Assembly: GCA_050294405.1 (NCBI GenBank)
Contig: JBNKOC010000028.1
Coordinates: 128,001-192,000 of the forward strand
Source of the DNA: Fibrobacteria bacterium
GTDB lineage: Bacteria > Fibrobacterota > Fibrobacteria > UBA11236 > JADFYW01
Direction: 5' to 3'
DNA: 64,000 nt
In this document: in pieces, positions 49,602 through 59,284 of the stretch
Position numbering within the stretch: position 1 is the stretch's first letter
How the letters are laid out: the number at the start of each line of letters is the position of its first letter
Position numbers and translations under genes: made by a program
The notes under the pieces: model-generated
Seen by the model: the letters and a program-made list of their open reading frames with translations, nothing else
Database searches by the model: none
Told to the model about the DNA's origin: nothing

Positions 49602-50780
49602 TTAGGAAGCCGTATTCTTGTCTTCCTTTTCCATAAATTTTTGCAGGCTCCAGGCTCCCTGCAAGTTTTGAGGGATACTGAAAGTTACGGGTTGGTTTTT
49701 ATTCCAATGTAAAATGAGCCCTTTAATTAGCATTAAATGGAATCTACGGAAAAAAATTCGGCTAATAGGACTCAAATAGCGCAAAATTCCAAAAAGAGTA
49801 AGAAGCCCTTTAATGGGAATGATTAATAGGAGCACCCAGATGGATGGCCTGGGAATTTTTAATAGCCTTCTCACAGATTTGATATTCAAAAAATACAGCA
49901 TGGCCTCTGGCAACCAATCCAGCATATCTGGTAATATGGAATTTCCATAGGCCTTTGCCGATTGTGTGAGAGCCACCCCTGCTTCTGTGAAAGTGCTGCG
50001 GTTGCGCTCCACAATTACATTCCACATGGCCACAGCCTCCTTAACATTGGATGGCTGCAACTCTTCTTTCAAGCCTAGTAAAAAGGCTTCAATTTTCCAC
50101 AGATGCAAAATCCCTTCTTCATCTTCTTTAGAAAGTTTAATGCCAAACTGTTTTAAACCTCTAATGATAATCAAACTAAAAGACAACATGGTCATTAAAA
50201 TTTCTTCCTGGTTTATGGGATTCTTCCAGTCTTTTCCCCAGGCATCCGTATCCACGATTTTGTTGCGAATGGTGGCATGAATAAACTTGACCTTTTGCGT
50301 TGTCACAATGCTTTTTCCCTCTGGTCCAAAAGCGCCGGGCTCCATTACATGCACCACAAATTGCAAGGTTTCTAATATCCTACGGGTTAGCTTTTCGATG
50401 TTGCCATGTTGCAATTGAAGCCTTCCTGTTATATGCAGTGTCTCAGCAATATGCCACATGGAGTAACCTTCGGGCAAAGATTTGAACAGTAATATGACCA
50501 GACATTCGGGCCCAAAATATCTATAGGCTTTTTCCCCGTGGCTGACCAAATCCGGATCTAGCCAATCCGGTAAATTTTTGGTTTTTTCAAAGTACTCCAG
50601 CGCTGCTTGTGGCATGTTTTGTGGAATGGGCGAGTTGTTTTTATCTATCTTCGGGAAAAGGGGCTGTACGGCCATAAGTTCTTGGCTGGCAATTAAGGCC
50701 TTTGTAGCCTCATCGGCAATGGGATCCATATCATCTCCAAGCCTGTTTAAAAGCTCAACAATTTCATTTTTGCTTAACAT
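49602..50780 (-). CDS. MpaB/Lcp-like (DUF2236) heme oxygenase family protein
   Basis: DPIAD, LPDWLD, SLPEGY, TGRL, RRILET, IHATIR, PINQE, HLW...LG. Confidence 0.85.
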   Translation of the reverse strand: MLSKNEIVELLNRLGDDMDPIADEATKALIASQELMAVQPLFPKIDKNNSPIPQNMPQAALEYFEKTKNLPDWLDPDLVSHGEKAYRYFGPECLVILLFKSLPEGYSMWHIAETLHITGRLQLQHGNIEKLTRRILETLQFVVHVMEPGAFGPEGKSIVTTQKVKFIHATIRNKIVDTDAWGKDWKNPINQEEILMTMLSFSLIIIRGLKQFGIKLSKEDEEGILHLWKIEAFLLGLKEELQPSNVKEAVAMWNVIVERNRSTFTEAGVALTQSAKAYGNSILPDMLDWLPEAMLYFLNIKSVRRLLKIPRPSIWVLLLIIPIKGLLTLFGILRYLSPISRIFFRRFHLMLIKGLILHWNKNQPVTFSIPQNLQGAWSLQKFMEKEDKNTAS

Positions 50781-50879
50781 TGTGCCTCGCCTATGCTATA
50801 ATCAAAACTCAGAACTTGTCTCTGTCAAACAGATTATTACCAAATGAAATTCAAATGGCAATGAAAAATATGAGGATGT

Positions 50880-51584
50880 ATGTTGGAAAAACTTTTAAAT
50901 TTTCAGGATTATAGCCCTACTGTTATAGTTCTTAATTTAATATGCGCTTCATTATGGGCTGCATCCTATATTTTGATAGTCATTCGCATCCACAAACTCA
51001 AGTTTATCGAGATGCCGTTGTTTGCCGCTTTGGGCAACATCGCTTGGGAGTTTTTGTGGAGCACGGTTTTTCATGGAAACATGGGCCCCCTTATCGAATG
51101 GGCTGTTAAACTGTGGCTCATTTTGGATATATATATTATTTGGAATCTCTATAAATATGGACGTCAGCAAGTATTTATTCCCGAAATGCAAAAGCATTTC
51201 AAGGTTTTGTTTGCGGCCACTTTTATAGCTTGGATTGCCGCTTTGTTTGGCTTCACGCATATTGGTATTGACAACCCCATAGGGGGCCGATCAGCCATAA
51301 TCCTAAATCTTATAATATCCGCTCTTTACATATTTCTTCTGTTTAAAACCCATAGGCCAGACTTAATGACCCTTCGAGTAGCATGGTGGAAGGGCATAGG
51401 GACCGCATGTTACACTATCAGTGTATTCTTGAATTACGGGCCGCAGGACATATTTATTGAGGCTGTGGGGATAATCATTTTTATTTTGGATATAATATAC
51501 ATCAAGCTTTTATATGAATATCGATCTGGGAAATTGAAGTTATCTCCCAAGCAGAATCCCATGGAAGTTTATTCGAATAGTTAG
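50880..51584 (+). CDS. Pyr4/PaxB/XiaE-like integral membrane terpene cyclase family protein
   Basis: 234 aa, about 7 TMs; W..SYIL...MP..A..NIAWE, W..LD, AWWK..GT, C-terminal LDIIY. Confidence 0.78.
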   Translation: MLEKLLNFQDYSPTVIVLNLICASLWAASYILIVIRIHKLKFIEMPLFAALGNIAWEFLWSTVFHGNMGPLIEWAVKLWLILDIYIIWNLYKYGRQQVFIPEMQKHFKVLFAATFIAWIAALFGFTHIGIDNPIGGRSAIILNLIISALYIFLLFKTHRPDLMTLRVAWWKGIGTACYTISVFLNYGPQDIFIEAVGIIIFILDIIYIKLLYEYRSGKLKLSPKQNPMEVYSNS

Positions 51585-53017
51585 ATTTTGGCGTCTACAA
51601 TGTCTTCTAAAAGCCTTAACCTTCCTTTTAAGTAAGTTGGAATGGGCTGAATAGGAATGGAGTTGCATTTTATTCGGTAGGCTTCCCAAAAAATATCCCG
51701 GCGGGTTATTTCCTCCAGTTTTTTATCTAAAAGGATGAGCTTGTTCAAGTTTTCTTCTGTGCTGCTTTTTATGGATTTTTGCAGTTGCGCTAAAACAACC
51801 TGGCATTGGCTTTTTATTTCCGCAGTTAAAGAGGAAGGGGGTATTATGCCCACAGGAAGATTTTGTCCGACGCTGGGTTTTTGAAAGGGGTGGGGGTTTA
51901 AATTAAAATCCACTAACCTTTGGCACTTGTTCTTAATATCCCAAAAGCTGGTCCATACCAAAGTTTTTTTGGGATATATACCTTCCAAAATAAACTTTTC
52001 CAACTCTTCTGCAGAAATTTCGGCCATAGCCTTGTTTGGAATTTCCCAGGGAAGGGCTTCGGGAACTTCCACATCCCTCTGAAAGATAAAATTGTTGGGG
52101 CCGTAGGGCCCTGTCTCCACAGGATTAGAGGATGCGAACATAGCAAAAACCTTGCAGGGCAGGTCAGCAGCCAAATGCATGGCCACAGTGTCTGGAGTCA
52201 CCAATCCCTGAATCTTTTTGTAAATGCTTCTGGTCTCCAACAAATCGGTTTTACCGATTAAGTTTAGGCAATGGTTTCCAAAGTGTTTTACATGCGAAAT
52301 TTTTGTTTGAAGCTGTTTGAAAAGTTCATATTCCTCCGCAGCTCCCATAAACACCAGGCCATAGCCTTTTTCCAAAAAGCTTTGGCTGAGTTCAGCCCAG
52401 TTGTTAATGGGCCACTTTTTCCCTTCCCAGGCCGCTCCTAATTGGAAGGCATACATTGCCTTTGGAAAATGGGGAGGAATCAGGCTATCCACATTTGGCA
52501 ATTCACCGTATTCAGGTTTAAACCTTTGCAAATAATCCAAATCAAAGCTTTTTAAAAATATATCCACTACATGCCAGGGGTTTTGAGAACGGTTGACAGG
52601 TATGGAAAAAAAATGACGCATGTATTTCCCAAAAATTTGAAAGCCATGTTTAGGAGAAAAATGGTATCCCAGTTTTATAGCTGACCTAATAAAACTATGT
52701 ATTAAGGCTCCATATTTATCCTGAAAAAGATTTAAAGATAAATCATATACATTTTCTTTAACACGGGAAATCATTGTAGCCGCCAGCGATATCATGTTTT
52801 CCATATTCTCCGAATTAAGCTCGCTTTTTATGGATTTACGGGGGATAATATGGCATGTATGGATATATGGGTTGTTTTCCACTAAGCAGGCACATTCATC
52901 ACTAACTAAAAAATCAATTTTAGCTCTTGGATAGTGGTAATTTAAGGCCGAAACTACATGTAAGGCCATCACAACATCTCCCGGATTATGGGGCATAATG
53001 ACCAGAGCCCTATCCAT
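51581..53017 (-). CDS. Glycosyltransferase family 9 (ADP-heptose transferase-like) with C-terminal extension
   Basis: PGDVVM, ENNPYI, GAAWEGKKWP, NLIGKTDL, PDTVAMHLAA, TGPYG. Confidence 0.87.
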   Translation of the reverse strand: MDRALVIMPHNPGDVVMALHVVSALNYHYPRAKIDFLVSDECACLVENNPYIHTCHIIPRKSIKSELNSENMENMISLAATMISRVKENVYDLSLNLFQDKYGALIHSFIRSAIKLGYHFSPKHGFQIFGKYMRHFFSIPVNRSQNPWHVVDIFLKSFDLDYLQRFKPEYGELPNVDSLIPPHFPKAMYAFQLGAAWEGKKWPINNWAELSQSFLEKGYGLVFMGAAEEYELFKQLQTKISHVKHFGNHCLNLIGKTDLLETRSIYKKIQGLVTPDTVAMHLAADLPCKVFAMFASSNPVETGPYGPNNFIFQRDVEVPEALPWEIPNKAMAEISAEELEKFILEGIYPKKTLVWTSFWDIKNKCQRLVDFNLNPHPFQKPSVGQNLPVGIIPPSSLTAEIKSQCQVVLAQLQKSIKSSTEENLNKLILLDKKLEEITRRDIFWEAYRIKCNSIPIQPIPTYLKGRLRLLEDIVDAKI

Positions 53018-53202
53018 TTTTATATTTCTGTTCCTGGCGGGTAGGTTTAGAGGTCATGTAATGGCAAAGCAAGCAAATTTGCTCAAGTGCATCTATGGGA
53101 ATGGTCTTTTCTATTTTTTGCTCGGCTAATAGCGCTATTTTTAAAAACTCATTTTTATCAACGGGACCTGGTTCCATGGCCCTTAAAATCGGTTTTCAAA
53201 AA

Positions 53203-54269
53203 TTAAAAGGCAATCTTTACAGGAATATTTTCACTTTGGCGATGTTTGAAAATAAAAAGGGATTCGGGAATACTGTCCAGGTAAAAATCAGTAAGGCAGA
53301 TTTGGTCCAAATCCAGATGCTGGGCCTCCTCGGCTAATAAATGTCCATGACGGACCATCTGAGTTATATACCAGCGAAATTTTGCATGAGAGGGCTTAAA
53401 AATATTCTTATCAAACAGAGTTAAAAAATTCTTTTTAAAATACATCCGGCCAAATCCCGCAAACACTTCGCCCAGAAGACTCGCTCTGACGATATCCTGC
53501 TTGGTATTAACATATTTGCGGTGGCTGATAATAGCAGATGCCTTGTCTGCGTTTTTAGGATCGGCGGTCCACTTTGCAGCCAATGCGCAAGCTTGAATCA
53601 ATTTACCATGTATATGGGGCTGGGATTTATGCCAGCTGGTGCGTACAGCCAACACTTTGTCCAAATCCGCGTTGTAATATCGCGAATCAAAATCAATAAT
53701 GGCCCCAACCTTAGAAAGGGCAGCTCTTTGATTCCAGGGCTCTCCGCAACAGTAGCCATCCAACTCTCCGGTTCTTAATTTTTTAACCATGTGGTGGGGA
53801 GCGTGGTAAACCAAATTGATGGTTTCCCCAATTTTAAGAGGGCTGTGTTGCAGCCAGTTTCTTAAATAATACTCGTGATTCGAGCGCGGATGAACAACCC
53901 CAAAGTTAAGGCTTTTTTTTTTAATCTGCTTAATAAGCTGTGGGTTAATTGACTTGGGTAAGCCACTTGCTGATTCCAAAGCTGATTGCTAATGGTAATG
54001 GCACTGCCTCCCTTATTGAGACATAGGGCATAAGAGGTTGGACACAAGTTTTTTTGGTTTCCGCAATTTAAAGATAAAACCATGGAAGCTAGAGTATGGG
54101 CCGCATCAATGGAACCTGTAACAAACTTTCCTTGCAACTGGTCCCAGGACTGCAACTTTTTTAGGCTAACATCTAACCCAAAAGACTTAAAAATCCCTAA
54201 GGCCTCAGCCATAATAATAGGCGCCGCATCCACTAATGGCATATAACCAATTTGTAATTTTGAATCCAT
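53203..54269 (-). pseudogene. NasS-like (CmpA/NrtA family) cytoplasmic nitrate-binding protein split by a frameshift at an A10 tract
   Basis: 5' ORF (IGYMPLVDAAP...ITISN) and 3' ORF (FGVVHP.SNH..LR.WL, CCGEPW, KVL) are collinear with the intact NrtA at 55947. One extra A in the tract at 53913-53922 gives a 355-aa protein. No signal peptide. Confidence 0.8.
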
Positions 54270-54282
54270 TAGCTTAATTAGA

Positions 54283-54300
54283 ATGCAACATTTATACCAG
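54283..54300 (-). promoter_or_regulatory. Possible sigma54 promoter of the NasS-like gene
   Basis: Minus strand CTGGTAT-AAATG-TTGCAT; GG/GC spacing correct, but the predicted leader is only about 4 nt. Confidence 0.45.
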
Positions 54301-54583
54301 TATTAATAGAAGATTAATTCAGGCAAAAAAGCCTCCATGTTGTATTATAGAATGACAATAGCTCAAAATTTTGTCAATCTGTTGTTAATAATATGGCGAA
54401 ACATTTCACTTGCGGATTTTTTATCAGCAAAAATGTCAGTCTGTGTTAAACATGTATTAAATGGCCGAGTTTGACAATTTCACAATGGGGATTAATTGTA
54501 AACTGTCTTGTGACAATTTTTATCATTTTATGGTGTAAAAATTGAATGTTCCTCAAATTTGAATAAAATCCCCTATTCTAAAC

Positions 54584-54601
54584 TTGGCATACAATTTGCA
54601 A
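54584..54601 (+). promoter_or_regulatory. sigma54 (-24/-12) promoter of the nitrate uptake operon
   Basis: TTGGCAT-ACAAT-TTGCAA about 110 nt upstream of the porin ATG. Confidence 0.8.
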
Positions 54602-54713
54602 TTTTGTCGTTGCAGGTGTAATTGCAATCGGTCCGCCCGGTCCTTTACTCGCAACCCTATCCCATCACATTTATCAAGGCATGGAGTTCGAGCTCTGATG
54701 TAATTGAGGTCAT

Positions 54714-55928
54714 ATGTTTACAAAAAAAATACTTACTGCATCCCTCCTATTATTTTTGGGAACACAAAATTCTTTTTCCGAGGAGAAGCCTGCAGCAGCA
54801 GAACCCTCCATTACATTTAAAAGCCAGGTGCGTACCCGTTCCACTTATTCCAAACTCGGTTTTACAGACGCTGATGCTTCTGTTAAGAATGAATTGAGAA
54901 CGCGTATTGGCGCTAGTATGAGCCCATCGGAAAAGGTAAAATTGATGGTTGAGTTTCAGGATAGCAGAAACTTTGGCAGCGAACCGCAAGGAGTAGCTGC
55001 TTCCGGCGCAGATCACACATCTACTATTGGGAACTCCAAAAATGTGGATTTGCACCAAGCCTTTTTTTCTCTCGGTCTTGGCCAGGCTACCTTGGCAATG
55101 GGCCGTCAAAAACTGGCGTTTGGATCCCAGCGATACATCTCCTCTCTTGAATGGCATCCTAACGCAAGGGTTTTTGATGGCCTTACTTTGGCAGTTCCAG
55201 TAGGCTCCGGAACTGTCACTGCCTTGGTGGCCCAGCCAGCTGACTCAGGTGGCGTACTTTTAGACAGCAAATTGACTTTGGCTGGCGCCCATTTAAAATT
55301 GCCCGTTTCCCCCATGTTTGCTTTGGAAGCTAACGCCTTTGTGGACTATTCTGGCACTAACATGAACGACTACACTCTAACTACCTTAGGGGCACGGGCC
55401 AGCGGTGACATCAATCCCCTGTTTTATGACCTTGAGTTGTTATATCAGTTTGGCCCCTTTGCTGGTGGCGATAAGTCTGCCATTTATTTCGCATCTCGCC
55501 TTGGCACAGCCATCCAGAAAATAAAGGCTAGCCTCGGTCTTGATATTATGAGCGGCGGAAAAGCGGCTGGAGGAGAATCCACTTACATGGCAAACTACTA
55601 CTTCGCCCATGCCTATTTTGGATGGATGGATAAGTTTATTGTGAACCCTGCTACGGGAGTTATGGATTACCGCTTTGATGTAACCATTCCCGCCGGATCA
55701 AAAGTTAAAATCTTATCCCAAAATCACTTTTTTGCCCAAGCGGCTTCTCCTGGCGAAGATCCATACGGCATTGAATTGGATTTGGAAGCCCATCTGTCTC
55801 TTTTTCCCAAATCAAAAATTGTAGTGGGAGCTGGCTTGTTTATCCCTGACACAGGGTATGAAACTGTGGCCAATCCCGATCCCGAAATGGACTACACATT
55901 CTATATAATGCCCATATTCAATTTCTAA
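54714..55928 (+). CDS. Alginate-export family outer-membrane beta-barrel porin (nitrate-uptake associated)
   Basis: Signal peptide, QDSR, DLHQAF, GRQKL, R.FDG, H.YFGWMD, C-terminal Phe. Confidence 0.82.
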   Translation: MFTKKILTASLLLFLGTQNSFSEEKPAAAEPSITFKSQVRTRSTYSKLGFTDADASVKNELRTRIGASMSPSEKVKLMVEFQDSRNFGSEPQGVAASGADHTSTIGNSKNVDLHQAFFSLGLGQATLAMGRQKLAFGSQRYISSLEWHPNARVFDGLTLAVPVGSGTVTALVAQPADSGGVLLDSKLTLAGAHLKLPVSPMFALEANAFVDYSGTNMNDYTLTTLGARASGDINPLFYDLELLYQFGPFAGGDKSAIYFASRLGTAIQKIKASLGLDIMSGGKAAGGESTYMANYYFAHAYFGWMDKFIVNPATGVMDYRFDVTIPAGSKVKILSQNHFFAQAASPGEDPYGIELDLEAHLSLFPKSKIVVGAGLFIPDTGYETVANPDPEMDYTFYIMPIFNF

Positions 55929-55946
55929 ACATCAAAAACACAAGGT

Positions 55947-57275
55947 ATGATTATGAATTTTTTACAAAACTTAAAAAAAACAATTTCCTTTCTCAGTCTG
56001 GGCGCCGCAGTGGCGTTCAGCGGGGAGCTGGAAAAAGACGAATTGACTTTTGGATTTATCAAGCTTACCGATTGCGCTCCTTTGGTTATTGCAAAAGAAA
56101 AAGGGTTTTTTGAAGACGAAGAGCTCTATGTAACCATCCAGGCGCAAGCCAACTGGAAAGTGCTATTAGATAGAGTGATTGACGGTGAACTGGATGGAGC
56201 CCATATGTTATCCGGTCAACCCATTGGCGCCACCATTGGCTTTGGCACAAAAGCAGATGTGGTTACCGCTTTTAGCATGGATTTGAATGGAAACGGAATT
56301 ACTGTTTCCAATGACATCTGGAAGCAAATGAAAAAAAATGTGCCTATGAAAGGGGGTAAGCCTATCCATCCTATTAAAGCCGATGCTTTAAAACCCGTAG
56401 TGGAAAAATATAAGTCCGAAGGCAAAAAATTTAATATGGGAATGGTGTTTCCAGTGTCTACCCACAACTACGAAATTCGTTATTGGTTAGCTGGTGCCGG
56501 AATACACCCTGGTTTTTACACAAAAACAGATATTACAGGAATGACCGGAGCTGATGTATTGCTTTCCGTAACTCCTCCCCCCCAAATGCCTGCTACTCTG
56601 GAAGCCGGAACCATCTTTGGATATTGTGTGGGCGAGCCCTGGAACCAGCAAGCGGTTTTTAAAGGAATTGGAGTTCCTGTAACTACTAACTATGACATCT
56701 GGAAAAATAATCCTGAAAAAGTTTTTGGAGTCACTAAAAAATGGGCCACTGCAAACCCCAATACTCACAAAGCGGTAGTTAAAGCATTGATCCGCGCTGG
56801 AAAATGGCTGGATGAAGGCAATGGTAAAAATAGAGCGGAAGCTGCAAAAATTTTATCCAAACCTGAATATGTGGGCGCCGATTATAAAGTTATTGCAAAC
56901 AGCATGACTGGAACTTTTGAATTTGAAAAAGGGGATAAAAGAAGCATGCCCGACTTTAATGTGTTTTTCAGATACAATGCCACTTACCCCTTCTATAGCG
57001 ATGCCATTTGGTTCTTAACTCAAATGCGCCGCTGGGGACAAATCGGTGAAAACAAACCCGATTCCTGGTACCACGACATTGCTAAAAAAGTTTATTTGCC
57101 AAAGGTTTGGCGTGAAGCTGCTGAGGAACTTGTAAAAGAAGGAAAACTTGCTAAAACAGATATTCCTGAAACAGATGGATACAAACCAGCAACAGGAGAC
57201 TTTATCGACGGGATTGTTTACGACGGTAAAAAACCCAATGATTATATCAAGAAATTTAAAATTGGAAACAAGTAG
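55947..57275 (+). CDS. nrtA: Nitrate ABC transporter substrate-binding protein (NrtA/CmpA family)
   Basis: [44 protein letters not shown]. Confidence 0.92.
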   Translation: MIMNFLQNLKKTISFLSLGAAVAFSGELEKDELTFGFIKLTDCAPLVIAKEKGFFEDEELYVTIQAQANWKVLLDRVIDGELDGAHMLSGQPIGATIGFGTKADVVTAFSMDLNGNGITVSNDIWKQMKKNVPMKGGKPIHPIKADALKPVVEKYKSEGKKFNMGMVFPVSTHNYEIRYWLAGAGIHPGFYTKTDITGMTGADVLLSVTPPPQMPATLEAGTIFGYCVGEPWNQQAVFKGIGVPVTTNYDIWKNNPEKVFGVTKKWATANPNTHKAVVKALIRAGKWLDEGNGKNRAEAAKILSKPEYVGADYKVIANSMTGTFEFEKGDKRSMPDFNVFFRYNATYPFYSDAIWFLTQMRRWGQIGENKPDSWYHDIAKKVYLPKVWREAAEELVKEGKLAKTDIPETDGYKPATGDFIDGIVYDGKKPNDYIKKFKIGNK

Positions 57276-57313
57276 GCTTAAAATTTGCTTTGAATTTTCC
57301 TTAGCATCCTGCT

Positions 57314-57343
57314 TTTCCCGGGCAAGTTGTCTTGCCCGGGAAA
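57314..57343 (+). other. Perfect 13-bp intergenic stem-loop between nrtA and nrtB
   Basis: tttcccgggcaag-ttgt-cttgcccgggaaa; no clear U tract. Confidence 0.75.
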
Positions 57344-57381
57344 TTTATGCTTAAAGAATGAATGAATATTACGGAGAAATT

Positions 57382-58404
57382 ATGAAACAGAAAATTATCA
57401 ATATCCTAAACATGGCTCAATTAACCTGGTTTGTGCCCATGGTAAAACTTTGCACTGGCGAAGATCCAAAGGAACAGCTAAAAGAAATGTCCAGGGTGAT
57501 TGGAATACCAGTGGCCTCCATCTTGATATTTCTGTTGTTGTGGTCCTTGGTGGCCGCACAAATTAAAACAAGTCTTGGCGCTATCCCTGGCCCTCTTAAA
57601 GCTTGGGAACAAGCCGGTCAATTGTGGAAGGAACATAAAGCTGAACGGGAAAAAGAAAAAGTTTTTTACAAGAAAGTAAAAGAAAGGCAAGCCAAAAAAT
57701 TGGCTAAAAACCCCGATGCAGTTATTAAGGACAGAAAATATACGGGTAAGCCAACATACATCGATCAAATTGGTACAAGCCTTTATACTGTATTCGCCGG
57801 ATTTTTAATTGCTTCTCTCATAGCAGTTCCCATTGGAATTTTTTGCGGGCTAAGCCGGGTTATTATGACCGCCTTAAGCCCGCTCATTCAAATTTTTAAA
57901 CCGGTTTCGCCCTTGGCCTGGCTCCCCATAGTGACCATGGTGGTCAGTGCGGTTTACACAACCAAAAACGGCTGGTTTGAAAAATCTTTTATAACATCCG
58001 CTATTACTGTTTCTTTATGCAGCCTGTGGCCCAGTTTGATAAACACAGCTTTGGGCGTAGCCAGTTTAGACAAGGATTATGTAAATGTGTCTAAGGTTTT
58101 AAAATTGGGTATTTGGGATAACATCGCAAAAATCGTATTGCCCTCTTCTTTACCTTACATATTTACTGGTCTTCGCATTAGCCTTGGAGTGGGCTGGATG
58201 GTTTTAATTGCTGCAGAAATGTTGGCTCAGAATCCAGGCCTTGGAAAATTCGTATGGGATGAATTCCAAAACGGAAGCAGCAATTCCCTGGCCCGAATTA
58301 TGGTAGCAGTATGGACTATCGGCCTGATTGGTTTTGCATTGGATAGAGTAATGGTGACCCTGCAACGCATGGTTAGTTTTGGTGAAGAACCTACCACAGC
58401 TTAA
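57382..58404 (+). CDS. nrtB: Nitrate ABC transporter permease
   Basis: [43 protein letters not shown] 57382 follows GGAG; the ORF track starts at 57358. Confidence 0.92.
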   Translation: MKQKIINILNMAQLTWFVPMVKLCTGEDPKEQLKEMSRVIGIPVASILIFLLLWSLVAAQIKTSLGAIPGPLKAWEQAGQLWKEHKAEREKEKVFYKKVKERQAKKLAKNPDAVIKDRKYTGKPTYIDQIGTSLYTVFAGFLIASLIAVPIGIFCGLSRVIMTALSPLIQIFKPVSPLAWLPIVTMVVSAVYTTKNGWFEKSFITSAITVSLCSLWPSLINTALGVASLDKDYVNVSKVLKLGIWDNIAKIVLPSSLPYIFTGLRISLGVGWMVLIAAEMLAQNPGLGKFVWDEFQNGSSNSLARIMVAVWTIGLIGFALDRVMVTLQRMVSFGEEPTTA

Positions 58405-58415
58405 GGGAGTTTACT

Positions 58416-59273
58416 ATGCCTATACTTGAATTAAAAAATGTATGTAAAGGTTTTGGCCACGGGCCGGACCGGCTGGAAGTGTTGGAAAACATCAATTTAA
58501 CGATAGACACTGGAGAATTTATCGCCATTGTGGGTTATAGTGGAAGTGGTAAAACCACTTTAATTTCACTTATAAATGGATTGATGATGCCTGATTCAGG
58601 AAAAATTCTATTAAACGGAAAAGAAATTAAAGGACCCGGCCCCGACAGAGGAACCATATTTCAAAATTATTCTCTTTTACCCTGGCTAACTGTTACCGAT
58701 AATATATCCCTTGCTGTAGAGCAAGTGTTCCCTGATTGGCCCGCTAAGAAAAGAAAAGAGCAGGTCGCCCATTATGTGGAAATGGTAAACTTGACTCCTG
58801 CCAAACACAAACGTCCAGCAGAACTTTCAGGAGGGATGCGCCAAAGGGTTTGTGTGGCAAGAGCTTTAGCTATGAATCCCGAAATATTGCTATTGGATGA
58901 GCCCTTAAGCGCCTTGGACGCCTTGACTCGAGGTTCTCTCCAGCAGGAAATCATAAACATCTGGGAGGCTGATAAAAAAACAGCCGTAATGATTACCAAT
59001 GATGTGGACGAAGGCATCTTAATGGCGGACAGAATAATTCCTTTAAACCCCGGCCCTAAAGCGACATTGGGCCCTGAGTTTAAAGTAGACTTGCCCAGGC
59101 CCCGCATTAAATCGGAATTAAATCAGGACCCGGCTTATAAAAAGTTGCGCAATGATGTATATCACTATTTAGGCGATATTAATCCTGAAAAACACAAAGA
59201 TGAAGAGATAGATAATTTTGAACTACCCGAACTGGTGCCCACGGAATTTGATTCAGGCCGCGGTATTTTCTAA
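58416..59273 (+). CDS. Nitrate ABC transporter ATP-binding protein (NrtC-like)
   Basis: [34 protein letters not shown] at the H-switch position. Confidence 0.9.
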   Translation: MPILELKNVCKGFGHGPDRLEVLENINLTIDTGEFIAIVGYSGSGKTTLISLINGLMMPDSGKILLNGKEIKGPGPDRGTIFQNYSLLPWLTVTDNISLAVEQVFPDWPAKKRKEQVAHYVEMVNLTPAKHKRPAELSGGMRQRVCVARALAMNPEILLLDEPLSALDALTRGSLQQEIINIWEADKKTAVMITNDVDEGILMADRIIPLNPGPKATLGPEFKVDLPRPRIKSELNQDPAYKKLRNDVYHYLGDINPEKHKDEEIDNFELPELVPTEFDSGRGIF

Positions 59274-59284
59274 AGGGGGATAAC

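Noticed and set aside
53203..53979. Independent 258-aa gene starting at TTG
   Set aside because: It is the 3' half of the frameshifted NasS-like gene and lacks the N-terminal part of the fold.
54601..54713. Riboswitch or ANTAR RNA in the nrt leader
   Set aside because: Only weak pairings are visible, and I could not match a known motif by eye.
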